A stretch of DNA of 63,345 bases, counting the filler, from Bigelowiella natans CCMP2755 (lineage: Eukaryota; Protista; Cercozoa), in NCBI GenBank assembly GCA_000320545.1. It is 7 parts of 7 records of this genome, joined end to end, with 100 filler letters (N's around TTAATTAATTAA, not from the genome) between each part and the next. Parts side by side here need not be neighbours in the genome. Positions count along the whole stretch, not along the records: positions 46,162 to 52,217 come from ADNK01001911.1; positions 52,318 to 61,269 come from ADNK01000384.1; positions 61,370 to 63,345 come from ADNK01000995.1; 4 more parts are not named here. One strand, 5' to 3'. The notes beneath the pieces are model-generated. The model did not search any database and was not told where the DNA came from. It saw only the letters and a list, made by a program, of their open reading frames with translations. Made by a program: the position numbers and the translations under genes. Shown piece after piece: positions 50,401 through 63,345 of the stretch; the stretch's first letter is position 1, and each line of letters starts with the position of its first letter.

Positions 50401-50705
50401 TTTTAAAGAAAACAACGTGTAAATTCAAGGTGTTTAAGCAAAATAGCCCTGTCGCAAGAAATGATTCCCCAGCAATAACCGCATAATTTAGAAACTTTTC
50501 AACACTAACGAATCTTGCATTACCTTGACACAGATGCTCTCCTTTCGCAGCTTCAGTCAAGGCGAAATTTTAAAGAGCGACAACTCTGAAATGTTCATTT
50601 TGGCACAAAACGCCATGCATTATTCCTCGAAGTATGCCATTTGAAGGAAAAAGAATTGTTTATTTTTTCGCCCCACCTCCAGATTCGCCCCCAACTTCCG
50701 GGCGA

Positions 50706-51749
50706 ATGGCTGACGGCGACCCTGAGAGCTTCATAGCTACCACATATAGCGTCTGGGCCACGACGAAGACGGTAGGCACGATCGAATATTTTCTTTTGAC
50801 GATGAAGCTGGTTGTTGGTTTGTTATCGAAGCGTGGAGGGAGGGGGGTTTAGGCGTGAAGTTGCTTTCGATGTTGTCCAGAGCTGGAATGGCGACAGAGC
50901 CTGTTTCCGCTCATGGGAGTGTTTCTTTTGCTGTGATAGGTTGCATTATATGCCGCGATCATATACGCAGGCCAGCAGGTTTGTTCTTAGTAAATTAACT
51001 GTCATCGTTGATGATTAATACCAGCACCAGCAAAATGAGGAGCCAAGCGTTCAATGCATGTGTGAAATGATGCAGAGATTCGATGAAATAAACTCGTATT
51101 ATGGAAGCAAGGAGCGATGTCTGACGTGCCTAACCAAAGCCGCGGAAAACCCAGATTCAGTGTTCGAGTTTGGGAGGTAAAAGAAGATGATTCTCATCGT
51201 ACGCCATCATCGCGTTAAGCCTCCCCCTCCCTCTGTACGTGTTCTTCCTGACACTTAGATGTGACCGCGAGTTCTTGCAAGAAATGAAGGACAAGAGTAA
51301 GAAGGCATCGATAGCATCGCGGTCGAACCTGCTACGGTCCGACTCGGGGTGGGGATTTACAACGCAAGTTTCACAGGTGAATGTCCCAACAACACGCACC
51401 GAACTTAAGCACAGGTTAACATGTTTCGAGTCGTATATTAAATAATCATATATGTGTATATGTATTAACGTAAATGACAGGTGCGCGAGTATGTGGCCAC
51501 CCCGTCAGTATGCCTAGGTTAGTGACGATAGAAACTTTCCAAAACGTCTACAATCTATGCTCATTTATGTAAAAGCTCTGCTTTACATTGAAACCCTATA
51601 GCTTCAATCTGGGCCTAAACATTTTAATTTTCAAATTGAGAGAAATTGTGCATGGCCACGCACAAACGAAGATATACAGGGCCATACGAGTGTGCGAAGG
51701 CACATCAATCACCTAACCCTACGAGCGATACACCTATACAATACTCACA

Positions 51750-51785
<36 letters not shown>

Positions 51786-51789
51786 TATT

Positions 51790-51835
<46 letters not shown>

Positions 51836-51950
51836 TTATTTATTTATTTATTTATATTACTCCTTGTGTGTACACCATTCCCATTCGCCAGCTCTTGGGG
51901 GGATATGTTGGAGTCTTGTAGTGGCCCTGAATTGTATGGTTAGAGGTAAT
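50706..51950 (+). CDS. Hypothetical multi-exon protein, partial
   Basis: Exon-like GT-AG-flanked segments: MADGDPESFIATTYSVWATTKT, EMMQRFDEINSYYGSKERCLTCLTKAAENPDSVFE, CDREFLQEMKDKSKKASIASRSNLLRSDSGWGFTTQVSQ. No family recognised. Confidence 0.4.
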
Positions 51951-52036
51951 GCTACCATGTGTATCTCATTCTCGCCCGGATTCAATACTCTGATGTAGTG
52001 AGTGGACGAGGGGATAAGCACACACACACACACGCA

Positions 52037-52097
<61 letters not shown>

Positions 52098-52217
52098 GGG
52101 GGGAGGGAATTTGGTTTTTGGATTGATTGTCTCTGCTGTACTGCTCTTGTATAATAACCTACCAAATAGATTGACTATGATTCGCTGGCCCTCAGTGAAA
52201 AAACCCTTTCCACAAGC

Positions 52218-52317
52218 NNNNNNNNNNNNNNNNNNNNNNNNNNNNNNNNNNNNNNNNNNNNTTAATTAATTAANNNNNNNNNNNNNNNNNNNNNNNNNNN
52301 NNNNNNNNNNNNNNNNN
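52218..52317. other. Assembly gap spacer (artificial)
   Basis: N44-TTAATTAATTAA-N44. Confidence 0.99.
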
Positions 52318-52475
52318 CCCCCCCCCCTTTTCCTCCCCCCCTTTTTTTTTGCCCCCCACCCCCGGAGGCGGGAAAACCAAAAACTCCGCCGGGAAACCCC
52401 CCCCCCCCCCCCCCCCCCCCTTTCCCCCCCCCCCGGTAGTCCTTCGTCATGCATCCGAAGAGAAAGCTTACTACC

Positions 52476-53500
52476 TCAAGCTTTTCCAACGGGTCAATCA
52501 CGTTGGTCTTTAGGTCGTCAAAGTGCTTCATCTCCTCCGTGCCGACGGAGCTCTCCAAAAGGAAAAAATTCTGGACCTGCACACGGGGGGGGAGAGGGGG
52601 GGTTGGGGCTTGAGTGGCATTGCCCGCCGCAGTTTTTGCTTTTACCGCATACGGGGATGGGGGGCAGAGAGAGAGGGGAGGAGGAAAAGGGGGAGAGTCT
52701 TTGTTTCCATACATCGAAACTTACCGTTCTCACCGCCTCGGAAGAAGCTTTGCTATGGGATCTGATGCAATTACATCGTCAGATAACATGAGCTCGGAGA
52801 GGCCCTGTTTACTTATGTGTCTGTGTGTGTGTGTGTGTGTGTAAGGAAAACAGCAGTCCCACCCTAACACAGCTGCCGCTGTACAGAAGGTCTTTCTAGC
52901 GTTCGAAAGCTCTAGTTGCGATGCGTGCAGAACTCGCGCACGCGATAAAAGTCTCTGGAGAGGGATAAGAAAGTAGGGGTGAGAAATAACGGTGGCTAGC
53001 ATGAGAAACAGAGCAGGAAAAACTTAATTAATCACAGGATGAGCCTCTCCCACCTTGTGCTCGTTAGTGACTCCATGGAATTTGAAGATAAGGTGATGGA
53101 GCTCAAGATCATCCGGGTCAACCTTTCTCATTAAGACCTGCACGAAAGAGGGTAGGGAGGGGGCGGGATGAAGGTCCTTGATATGTGACAAAGTGCTCAG
53201 AGAAATCTGCGCAGCATCAACACGCATGCTCGCTTTCTCATTTACCTCTCGAGTTCTCATATTGATGGTCAGCGTCCAACCCTTCGAGTGCTTTATCCAG
53301 TCTCCCTCCTTTCTTTGCTCCTGGACCCTTTCCTGAGGAGTACAGTATTTGTGTTTGTGGAGTAACATAAAGAAGCACTAGACGGGGGGGGGCAAACGAA
53401 GGTTGCAACCGCACCTCAAAACTCAGCTCATTCACAATATCCGATTCGACGCGAGGCTCCGCTCGCACATGGAGGCCAAACTTCCATGCAACTCTCCAAA
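52476..53500 (-). CDS. Hypothetical multi-exon protein, partial
   Basis: Exon-like segments ERVQEQRKEGDWIKHSKGWTLTINMRTRE, VQVLMRKVDPDDLELHHLIFKFHGVTNEHK, GLSELMLSDDVIASDPIAKLLPR, EEMKHFDDLKTNVIDPLEKLE with GT-AG boundaries. No family recognised. Confidence 0.45.
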
Positions 53501-54220
53501 CCTAGTTATTTGCACGATAACAGATCACCATCAAAATGCGGACTTCGGACTTTTCCTAACCCATCCCCTCCTCTTCGCCCCAAAATAATACCACGAGATC
53601 TCTCCTGGAAGGCGGGGGTGTGCTGCAAGGGCTCTTCGGTTTGGTGGTGAGATTAACCGTCTGAATTCTCAAATTTGGCCTGCTGTTTGAATTACTCATC
53701 GTTAAATTGGCTGCTACCGACCGACCAACGAGTTGCGGTGCTGTCGAGCGAAAGTGTGGAGGTGCTGTGGGAAGGTGGGGTTGGGGATCGGAAATGAGGT
53801 CGTACTTTTCTCCTTTTTTCCGCTCAGAATCACCAGATTTTCAGCAAATTTCCCCTATGTTTCACCATCACAGACATCTTCGAGCGAAATTCCCTGTATT
53901 CCCCCGGACGAAGCGAGATATTTTTACGAGTTCAATAAAAAAACGCCCGGAGAGGCGTGGGTGATCAGGAAGTTGTTCTTGATCCTTGTCGCTATCAAAG
54001 AATAACCGTGGTTTTTAATGCAGCGACATGTGATTCACACAGTGCAGCTGCTCTCCTCGGAGATGACTGATGATGGAATGGCTGATCCGATAGCATTGCT
54101 TGGGGTAGGAAGCAACCCCATCGGCGTGCTTTGCGAGATAATTCCTTCCTTCCAACTGCTACTTCACATCCTTTTACTACTCATGAAAGGTACAGGAGCA
54201 GAAAATTTGAACTCAGGCTC

Positions 54221-55760
54221 ATGGCATCGGCATCGAGCCGGGGTCATCTTGATGCAGAGTCGGAGGAGACATTGCAGCAGGTCAGGAGGAGGCTGATCGA
54301 TGTCAGCGAAGCGCGCTCTAGCATTCAAGGTAGATTTTCACGATAGCACCTCTCCGGACGCATTTGACATGTATCTCAAAGGTGTGGCGAAGTGGCTCAT
54401 ACGGTTTGAGGACCTTGCTAAGGAAATTGTTGGCGTTTGGACGAACACGTTTGAAGAAGGTTCTCCGCATTTCCCGGCTTTTGTGGAACACTCTATATAC
54501 TATGATATTATGAGCGAAATCTATGGGACAATTACACTTCAGAAACTGACCAGCAACTCCCTTTGCTCTGGCTTTGCAACGAAGTGTGCCAAAACCTAAG
54601 AAAAACAAGATCGAAATTTCCAGAGCACTGGAGAGCAGCCCTACCCCGGTGCCAATAGATTTATATTTGCCAGTGGTCACTGATCTAAGAAACGTGAGTG
54701 TGGTGTATCAGATGCATTCTCGCCTATTCATCACGCGGATCCAAAGAGAAAGACCACGCACTTCGCCTACTAAAGGTAGTGAAGCCAACTCCCTGTTCTG
54801 AACAACCAATCATTATGCTCTGCAATGGCTTACGGCATATCAGATCTGGAAAACAAGGAAGGTATTTGAAAATATCTTTATTGAGCGGATTCGAAGACAA
54901 ATGGAGGATTCGGAACAAAAGGTTTCACCTTTACATCACGCGACAGTGTTCATATGTAAACTCCTTCTTACCACAAAACAGAGGTCAAGCCTGGGTAAGA
55001 GAAGACGATCTTCTCTGACCAAGAAAGAATCGCCTTCACCATCATCTTCTACGCAAGGTCATCCAGTGGTCCAAGCCTTGAAGCAGGCCGAGGAGAAAGC
55101 GCCAGTTGACCGTAGAATTGCTATGAAAGTCGGTCTCTTCTCCTTGCCCAACGAATGAATGCTCTCCTCGCATCTCCCTTACCTCCATCTTTGTTTTCAC
55201 CGACGACGATAATCACCAGGCTGCAGCTTTGTACCCTATAATCAATTCTGGTGATTTATCAGGACGGCCAGAGGTAGACAGCACGATTGTCTTGTCGTTG
55301 TTATTGGTGCCCAAAATTGATAATATATCTGGCACGGTAGGTGATAAAGAAGACACGTTTCGTCCTGGAAACGAACTTGTTGCGCCTTCAGGAACAGATT
55401 AACCGCAGGGAAGCATTTATGAAAGTCTTACAAGTACGTTCCAAGTTGTAAGTGTTCAGGAGATTTTAGTCTGTATGCTGAATATTTTTTGTCTAAAGGT
55501 TTGTTTAGAAGACCAGCGAGAACTAATACAGAGAGCCCAGGCTGATGCGCAGGTGCACACTGAGATCTATGTTTCTATTAATGCTGGATTAGTTGTGGCC
55601 TCACACTGCGACCTATTCTTTGACGAATACGGATCTTCTTCGTGATTTCCGTATATATAATTCGTTTCGCTGTGTGAGGTAAAATTTATTTGCTCAGATA
55701 TGTCAGAAGTACCTAGAAGCTTGTCCCTCGCCTACTGCATCAGGGAGTTCTACATACTAG
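54221..55760 (+). CDS. RPRD1: RNA polymerase II CTD-interacting (CID) protein, RPRD1/Rtt103-like
   Basis: RRRLIDVSEARSSIQ | GVAKWLIRFEDLAKEIVGVW | QLPLLWLCNEVCQNLRK (cf. KLTFLYLANDVIQNS) | ALRLLK | IWKTRKVFENIFIERIR, then a CREPT-like coiled coil LLRLQEQINRREAFMKVLQ | VCLEDQRELI...STY*. Confidence 0.88.
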
Positions 55761-56442
55761 CAGTGCCACCATTATTAAATTAAAAGGCCAGCTGGCTTCA
55801 CAGTACATCTCTGAGGAAAACAAAAGGAACAGTACCGCATACTACAGATAACAAAGAATGACGAAAACAGGGAGCTATGTCATGTGCAGAATATAATTTG
55901 GCATGTTGCATTGGTACCGTGCGATGAACTGGAGATATCGCTCTACGATGCCCCACGATGCGGTAGTCATTTGAGTAATGATGCTCCGATGATGCACATG
56001 CATCTCACATGCATGTATATATCGTGCGCGCTACGGCAGTATTGTCGGACGATGGCTGAGTAGCAAATATCCGCTCTGAAGCGGCGCAAATAGTGCAGTA
56101 GTATAGCCCATGTGGATGCGTATTCTCGTTGCCCCCGATAATGCCTAGTCTGGCGTGCTTTAGCATAGCATTGCTACGATTCTCTTTCTCGCCGCAATGA
56201 GATATGCATGTCATTGTAAATTCTTCACTAGCGTTCGATGGTGCTTACGAAGCAAGAGGGCCAGTTTTACATCACAAGCATTTTATCTTGTGGCTGTGAG
56301 ACCTACGAATGCACATTATATCCGGCAAACAATTCTAGGCTATATAGCTTTTCGCGTTTGATGATATGCCAACGTCCTTAAATTTGCCAGCGCATGCATG
56401 CCATTTTAAAATAATATTCAATCTACTTGGTTAATTTTACAC

Positions 56443-57340
56443 TCATTGATGTTGCTGTGATCGTTGGACAGCAATGTGAACCTGCAAAGCACCGTAGTTG
56501 TTCCAGTACATCCTAGGTACATCGTTCGCAAAAAGCATTATTTCTCCATTTTTGCTTGCTCTCCAGCTACTTGCATGAGTACAAAGCTCCAAATCTTTCC
56601 CCACACACGCAATCAGAGCGAAACATTTAGCTTCTGGATGACGAAGAAGCGATTGCAAGAACGATGGGAACTTGTATCTAAACCAAGAGACAATGTATTA
56701 ATTGCACATCGTCGCTTCATATGTGTTTTGAAGGCACGTGGTTACACTAGCATTACTGGCAAGAAAGGAGTAGCAAGGCATATTACTTATATACGCGACA
56801 ATTAGTTTATACACTTGAAACAAGCACTCGCACTTCTGCTATGCCACATGAAAAATTAAATTGTGTTTGTGTATCACCCGTCTGCGGAGCAATTTATATA
56901 CCAATCAGTCCACTCCCCACTAGCAGATATTGTCACGAGGTCTCCTGCCTTGGCACAATGTGACGTATCATTAGAAATTATTGTTCTTTTCACACACACG
57001 CACAAGCGCATAGTAATGCCAACGGTCATAGCTTCTTATCGGGCGACATGCATTTCAAAATCTAAAAATAGGGATGTTGTTTTTCAGCATGCGGTTCAAA
57101 AGCTCAACAATTATCCATTACAAACATCATCCAACAAACCTGCACATCAACCCCGGACTCTACCCAAAGAGGTCTGGAGGGGACCTGGATAGACCTTTCC
57201 TTGGAGCCCACTCTACCTCCTTCCACATCTAACTTACACTCGGAACCTGCAGCTGCAGAGCACGCTAGGGATGATGAAGCAAAGAGACTCCAGAGATAGA
57301 AAATGCCTAAAGCCCCGCGGCGCAACCATTCCCGCGACAT
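56443..57340 (-). CDS. Small secreted protein with a LecA/PA-IL-like (bacterial jelly-roll lectin-like) domain, 3 exons
   Basis: Signal GALGIFYLWSLFASSSLA. VPSRPLWVESGVDVQ | AGDLVTISASGEWTDWYINCSADG | Y...RHPEAKCFALIACVG...NGEIMLFANDVPRMYWNNYGALQVHI; the ND...Y.NN.G.L.V.I ending matches PA-IL-like domains. Confidence 0.75.
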
Positions 57341-57400
57341 CGCGATTCCCGAGTCCTTGTCTAAGAACAGGCGTGGATTAGTGATGCGTCCAAAACACCA

Positions 57401-57438
<38 letters not shown>

Positions 57439-57745
57439 AACACAGCGTTAGCGAATCGTTCCGAGCACACCGACGGATTTGTGAATGTAGAGGAATGGCC
57501 ATGATTTAACCACCTGCGACAAGCCCAACAACCCGGTGTGACTGTGTGACTAGAGTGAGCTTTACGAGTACGGGTAGACTAACGAATATCGGCGAATTAC
57601 CCATCTGCGACATGAAAAATCATTGTCGCATCAAAAACGTAACGGCTTTTTATCTTCCCTGCTTCTCACTCGCCACCTCCCACTTGCTCTTCCGCTCTGT
57701 TCGGGAGTCAATTAGGGCGGGGCAAACGCCGCCTTTCCCCGTTAG

Positions 57746-58348
57746 ATGAGCTCTTCCTCCGCCTCGCCATCGCAGACATGGAGTCCTCGAGATCCCTGTC
57801 GAATCCTCCTGCTCGAAGCTGCGATCAAGGACCCGCTGGTGCCGCAAGTAATGCGAAGCCAACCGCCTGTGGTGAAGAGGGTGTGGGAACGACTCCAGGT
57901 CAGCCACAATAAACATATTCTCGCTGACGAGTACACAACTATTATCATCACAAGTACAATTCGAGAGATCGGGAAACTTTAGAACGAGAAAACAGAGCAC
58001 ATCAATACGCAGAAGCTAGGCTTTAGATTTGTGATCGAATTCTTAAATCTTCTCGACTTGTCTCGTGTCATACGCAGAGGAGCCTCATACAACGGGACAG
58101 CGTCGAATTCATCCATATTTGCGATCAAAATCTGAAAACCTCTACGCTGAACGACATCCTATCTTCAATAAGGAAACGACAGAGTAAGAAGCAGGATGAT
58201 AGTACTCTTAGATTAATGTTTCTTCTTCACAAAACGACGCGAATGATGATATCCTGTCCTACGCACCGCTTTTACCAACGTTATGTTTATGAACAGACTT
58301 ACTACTTGAACGGAATGGCCGCAGTAAATCATGGTATAGAGAGGGGGC

Positions 58349-58402
<54 letters not shown>

Positions 58403-58979
58403 CGGAGGTTTGTGGGTGCGTGTGGCGCCCGTGTCAATATATTTTTGAATTGGATTAGAAGATTTGGGGAAAGTCTACCAACATGATCCTCATTGGTTTG
58501 CCTCACTAGGATTCAGCAAGTCGAGTTGCTCTTTCAAATGCTGGATGTGGACAAGAACTTCATGCTCTCCCCGGACGGTAAATCTTCCTACCTACCTCAT
58601 TCTCCTGTTCCATGTTGGCAAGAAGAAGAAGCAATGAGGGTTTTTGGCGATGTAGAAAAGGGAGGAGAGGTCATTCTTCTGGAGTCGGTCTTCTTGTCTA
58701 AGCCATGTTTTTTTGTTTTGCAGAAATGCTGTTTTTCACACCGTTGATATCGAAGACGGACAGCTGGGGACAGGTATAGTGTCCCCCTCCCCCGTCTTTG
58801 GTGTGCGCACACGCCTACTCCTCTCTGTTTCGTTGCAAGGGAGAGCTGTGGAAGGGGAAAGATTGCGAGAACAATGCAAGTTGCAAACAGTGTTTCGATT
58901 CTACAAATATTGTGTGTGCATGTCACACATTTATACATTCATGTACACACACATGTGCATGTGCACATGTGAGCGCGCG

Positions 58980-59024
<45 letters not shown>

Positions 59025-60240
59025 CGAGGCTAACAGCTATTTTGTGTGTTCCCATTTTTGTTGCACCGCTGTCTACTCTCCTTGTTCATCCACAGCTGCT
59101 GAAGATGTCCCGCGTAATAATGGACGACATATGGAAGAGTAATTTCTTCTTTTTCAATTTCACATGTTACACGTTAGTTGTGTAAGTAATGTACCACGGC
59201 CGGACTAGGCAAGGCGGGAAAATACATGCAGCCGATGTGCTTGATCGTGCCGGCCACATCAGTGGGGTGCAAAATCGCCACACTCTTCCACATTAATGAT
59301 ACACATTCGATGACGCACAAATCGTCGTCCAGAGAGGACAACGCAGGAGAGCCTTGTGTACAATGCATCTTTTGTTGTGTCGGTATTTTATTAGCCCCTC
59401 TCCCACCAATTCATTTCCCCCGGTTGGGTTGGGGGGGAGGGCACCGCCGCCTGAAACGATCTTTGACTGTGTTAAATAAACCTCATCAGAGCATCTGAAG
59501 TCCAACGTGAGCGTCTCGGGTGAGTAGCAGCCCTGAAATGAGACGAGAAACTAGAATAAATACTCTTTTTTTCCTTCTTCTTCTTCTTCTTCTTCTTCTT
59601 CTTCATCTTCTTATCATCATCTTCATCTTGTTCTTGTTTGGCAGAGATATCACTGACCTACTTCAAGCGGTACTTGTTGGACGAGCCTGAAGCGCGGATA
59701 AGGGTAGTGGTGGCGGTGATGGTGGTGGTGGTGGTGGTATTGTATTAAAGGCGAGAGGAGGAGGCGGAGGAGGAGGATTCAGCAATTACCCGTAGATCCA
59801 TTATGTGAAGAAAGTCCCCATCTCATTCCTCTTTCCTCTTCCTCCTTGCGGCGCACGTCGAATGATGGATGATGCCGTGCCCCCCCCTAGGAATGTCGTG
59901 TGAAGTGCATTCGGAATATGCAATCCTGGTACTCCCGCTACTGCAAAGGTGGTTTGGTCCAATTCAGAGAGAAAGAGCGTTTTGGGTGATTTCCACGATG
60001 ATGGCACAGGAAAACCTGTTGATGTCAGTCGGTGTGTTGTTTACGAATGTCCTTTATGGTGACTATGATGATGATGATGATGACGATGATGGTGGTGGGG
60101 GTGGGGGTGGAGGTGGCCCTGGCGACTCTTTTTCGATATACTCTCCTCATGTTCCTCGTCCCCATCCAGTGAAGGGCATTTGGTGTGTGTATGTGTGCGT
60201 GTGTGTGTGCGTGTGCGTGTGTGCGTGTGCGTGTGCGTGT

Positions 60241-60273
<33 letters not shown>

Positions 60274-60583
60274 CGTGTGTGTGTTTGGTTTTCAAATATG
60301 CCCCTCTCCGCCATTAGAGGGAAAGCGGCTGTGGATGCAGGCCCTGGATTTATCAATGATGACAACGGAGCAACAAGTACCACCTTCTTTGAGCAAAGTC
60401 ATTCGTCTTGCGCTGCTGAGGAAGGAATACGGTCGTCCCCCCCCACCCTCCTTTCTTCTGCCCCCTTGCTCCTCTGCCTCCTCCTCGGAGACATCAATCT
60501 GAAAGCAAGGGGTTAGGCGGGAGGAGAGATTTTCTCGCTTTTCCGTTCAAAATCCCACCATGTTGCCACCTCTATCAATATGA

Positions 60584-60621
<38 letters not shown>

Positions 60622-60924
60622 ATCATCCCTTTATCACCGATTTGAACACCTTCCCTTGACATCACTTCTCCGTAGATCTAGCCCGTCATTGCGCAAGAGC
60701 GACAACGAAGGGACAACTCAGGAAAGCGGTGATAGGAGTGGCCACTTGTTAGAGCTCGAAAGCATTCATTCGATATGAGAGAAGGATGGTGTTGTGCTTA
60801 TGCAAGAAGAAGTTTCTTTCGACTACTAAGGCTTTTCTTCCTCTTCTCCCCTCCCACCTCCCACGCGCCCCCTTCTATCTTTCCCCTTCGCGCAAAAATT
60901 AAATATATATTGTATAACATAACA

Positions 60925-60955
<31 letters not shown>

Positions 60956-61115
60956 TATGTGTGTGTGTGTGTGTGCCATTATTACCAGACAATGGGGCTC
61001 TTCCGGGAAATTTGCGAGGAAATCAACTACCCCGACCAGTAGGGAAAAGGATACTACCACCACTTTATTAACTTCTTGATTTTCGTCATCAACGTCATCA
61101 ATCGTCGTTGTCGTT

Positions 61116-61158
<43 letters not shown>

Positions 61159-61211
61159 AGGTAGGAGCAAGTGGTAGCCCTTGGCATCGCTAAGGATCCA
61201 AAAGACCTCAG
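57746..61211 (+). CDS. Hypothetical multi-exon EF-hand-containing protein; 3' end in the gap
   Basis: MSSSSASPSQTWSPRDPCRILLLEAAIKDPLVPQV...; IQQVELLFQMLDVDKNFMLSPD | EMLFF (EF loop). Later microexons GKRLWMQALDLSMMTTEQQ, DLARHCARATTKGQLRKA, TMGLFREICEEINYPD. Confidence 0.6.
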
Positions 61212-61269
61212 GCAAGAGAGAGCGAGAGGCGGGGGGGGGGGGGAGGGGGCAGGAGCTTCGCGCCCGGTT

Positions 61270-61369
61270 NNNNNNNNNNNNNNNNNNNNNNNNNNNNNNN
61301 NNNNNNNNNNNNNTTAATTAATTAANNNNNNNNNNNNNNNNNNNNNNNNNNNNNNNNNNNNNNNNNNNN
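61270..61369. other. Assembly gap spacer (artificial)
   Basis: N44-TTAATTAATTAA-N44. Confidence 0.99.
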
Positions 61370-61485
61370 TTGCAACGAGGAGGAGGAGGAGGAGGAGGAG
61401 GAGGAGGAGGAGGGAGAGGAGGAGGAGGGAGAAGGAGGGGGCACAAAAAAAACCGAATCAGCACAGCATGCAGCAGCGACAGCTA

Positions 61486-63260
<1,775 letters not shown>

Positions 63261-63345
63261 CTAGCAGAGAAAAGGCAGAGGGAGGGGGAGGGGGGGGGCG
63301 GGAGACGAGAAGACGACGACGACGACTAAGTAATAAGTAAGTAGT

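Noticed and set aside
21700-61369. Six identical TTAATTAATTAA motifs flanked by N runs
   Set aside because: Fixed 44+12+44 layout; an artificial six-frame-stop scaffold linker, not a biological repeat.

Overview
Eukaryotic nuclear DNA, not prokaryotic. It is gene-dense and very intron-rich (GT-AG introns, many microexons), with introns full of microsatellites. It is broken by six 100-bp assembly spacers (N44-TTAATTAATTAA-N44). Almost all ORF-track entries are microsatellite artefacts, so I rebuilt genes by splicing exons by hand; boundaries are approximate. Well-supported genes: copine, PDK/BCKDK-type kinase, class I SAM methyltransferase with a multipart leader, OGFOD3, RI-type LRR protein, USP deubiquitinase, bacterial/organellar-type ThrRS, RPRD1/Rtt103-like CID protein, and organellar GyrB. 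Weaker calls: ZZ+EF-hand, vasculin-motif, SH3b/NHL, solute-binding-like, LecA-like, multipass membrane and several orphan genes. Organellar GyrB/ThrRS plus signal-peptide + Arg-rich leaders suggest an alga with a complex plastid (chlorarachniophyte-like); this is inference only. The most unusual signal is non-coding. Intergenic islands (11540-12060 and 49381-50400; weaker at 8760-9190 and ~55990) have lost almost all TpA while keeping CpG. The surviving TpA sit almost only in TAG/CTA context, and some tracts look like (TA)n microsatellites converted to TG/CA. This suggests a targeted, RIP-like TpA->TpG/CpA hypermutation process. No rRNA, tRNA, CRISPR array or intact transposon was seen.
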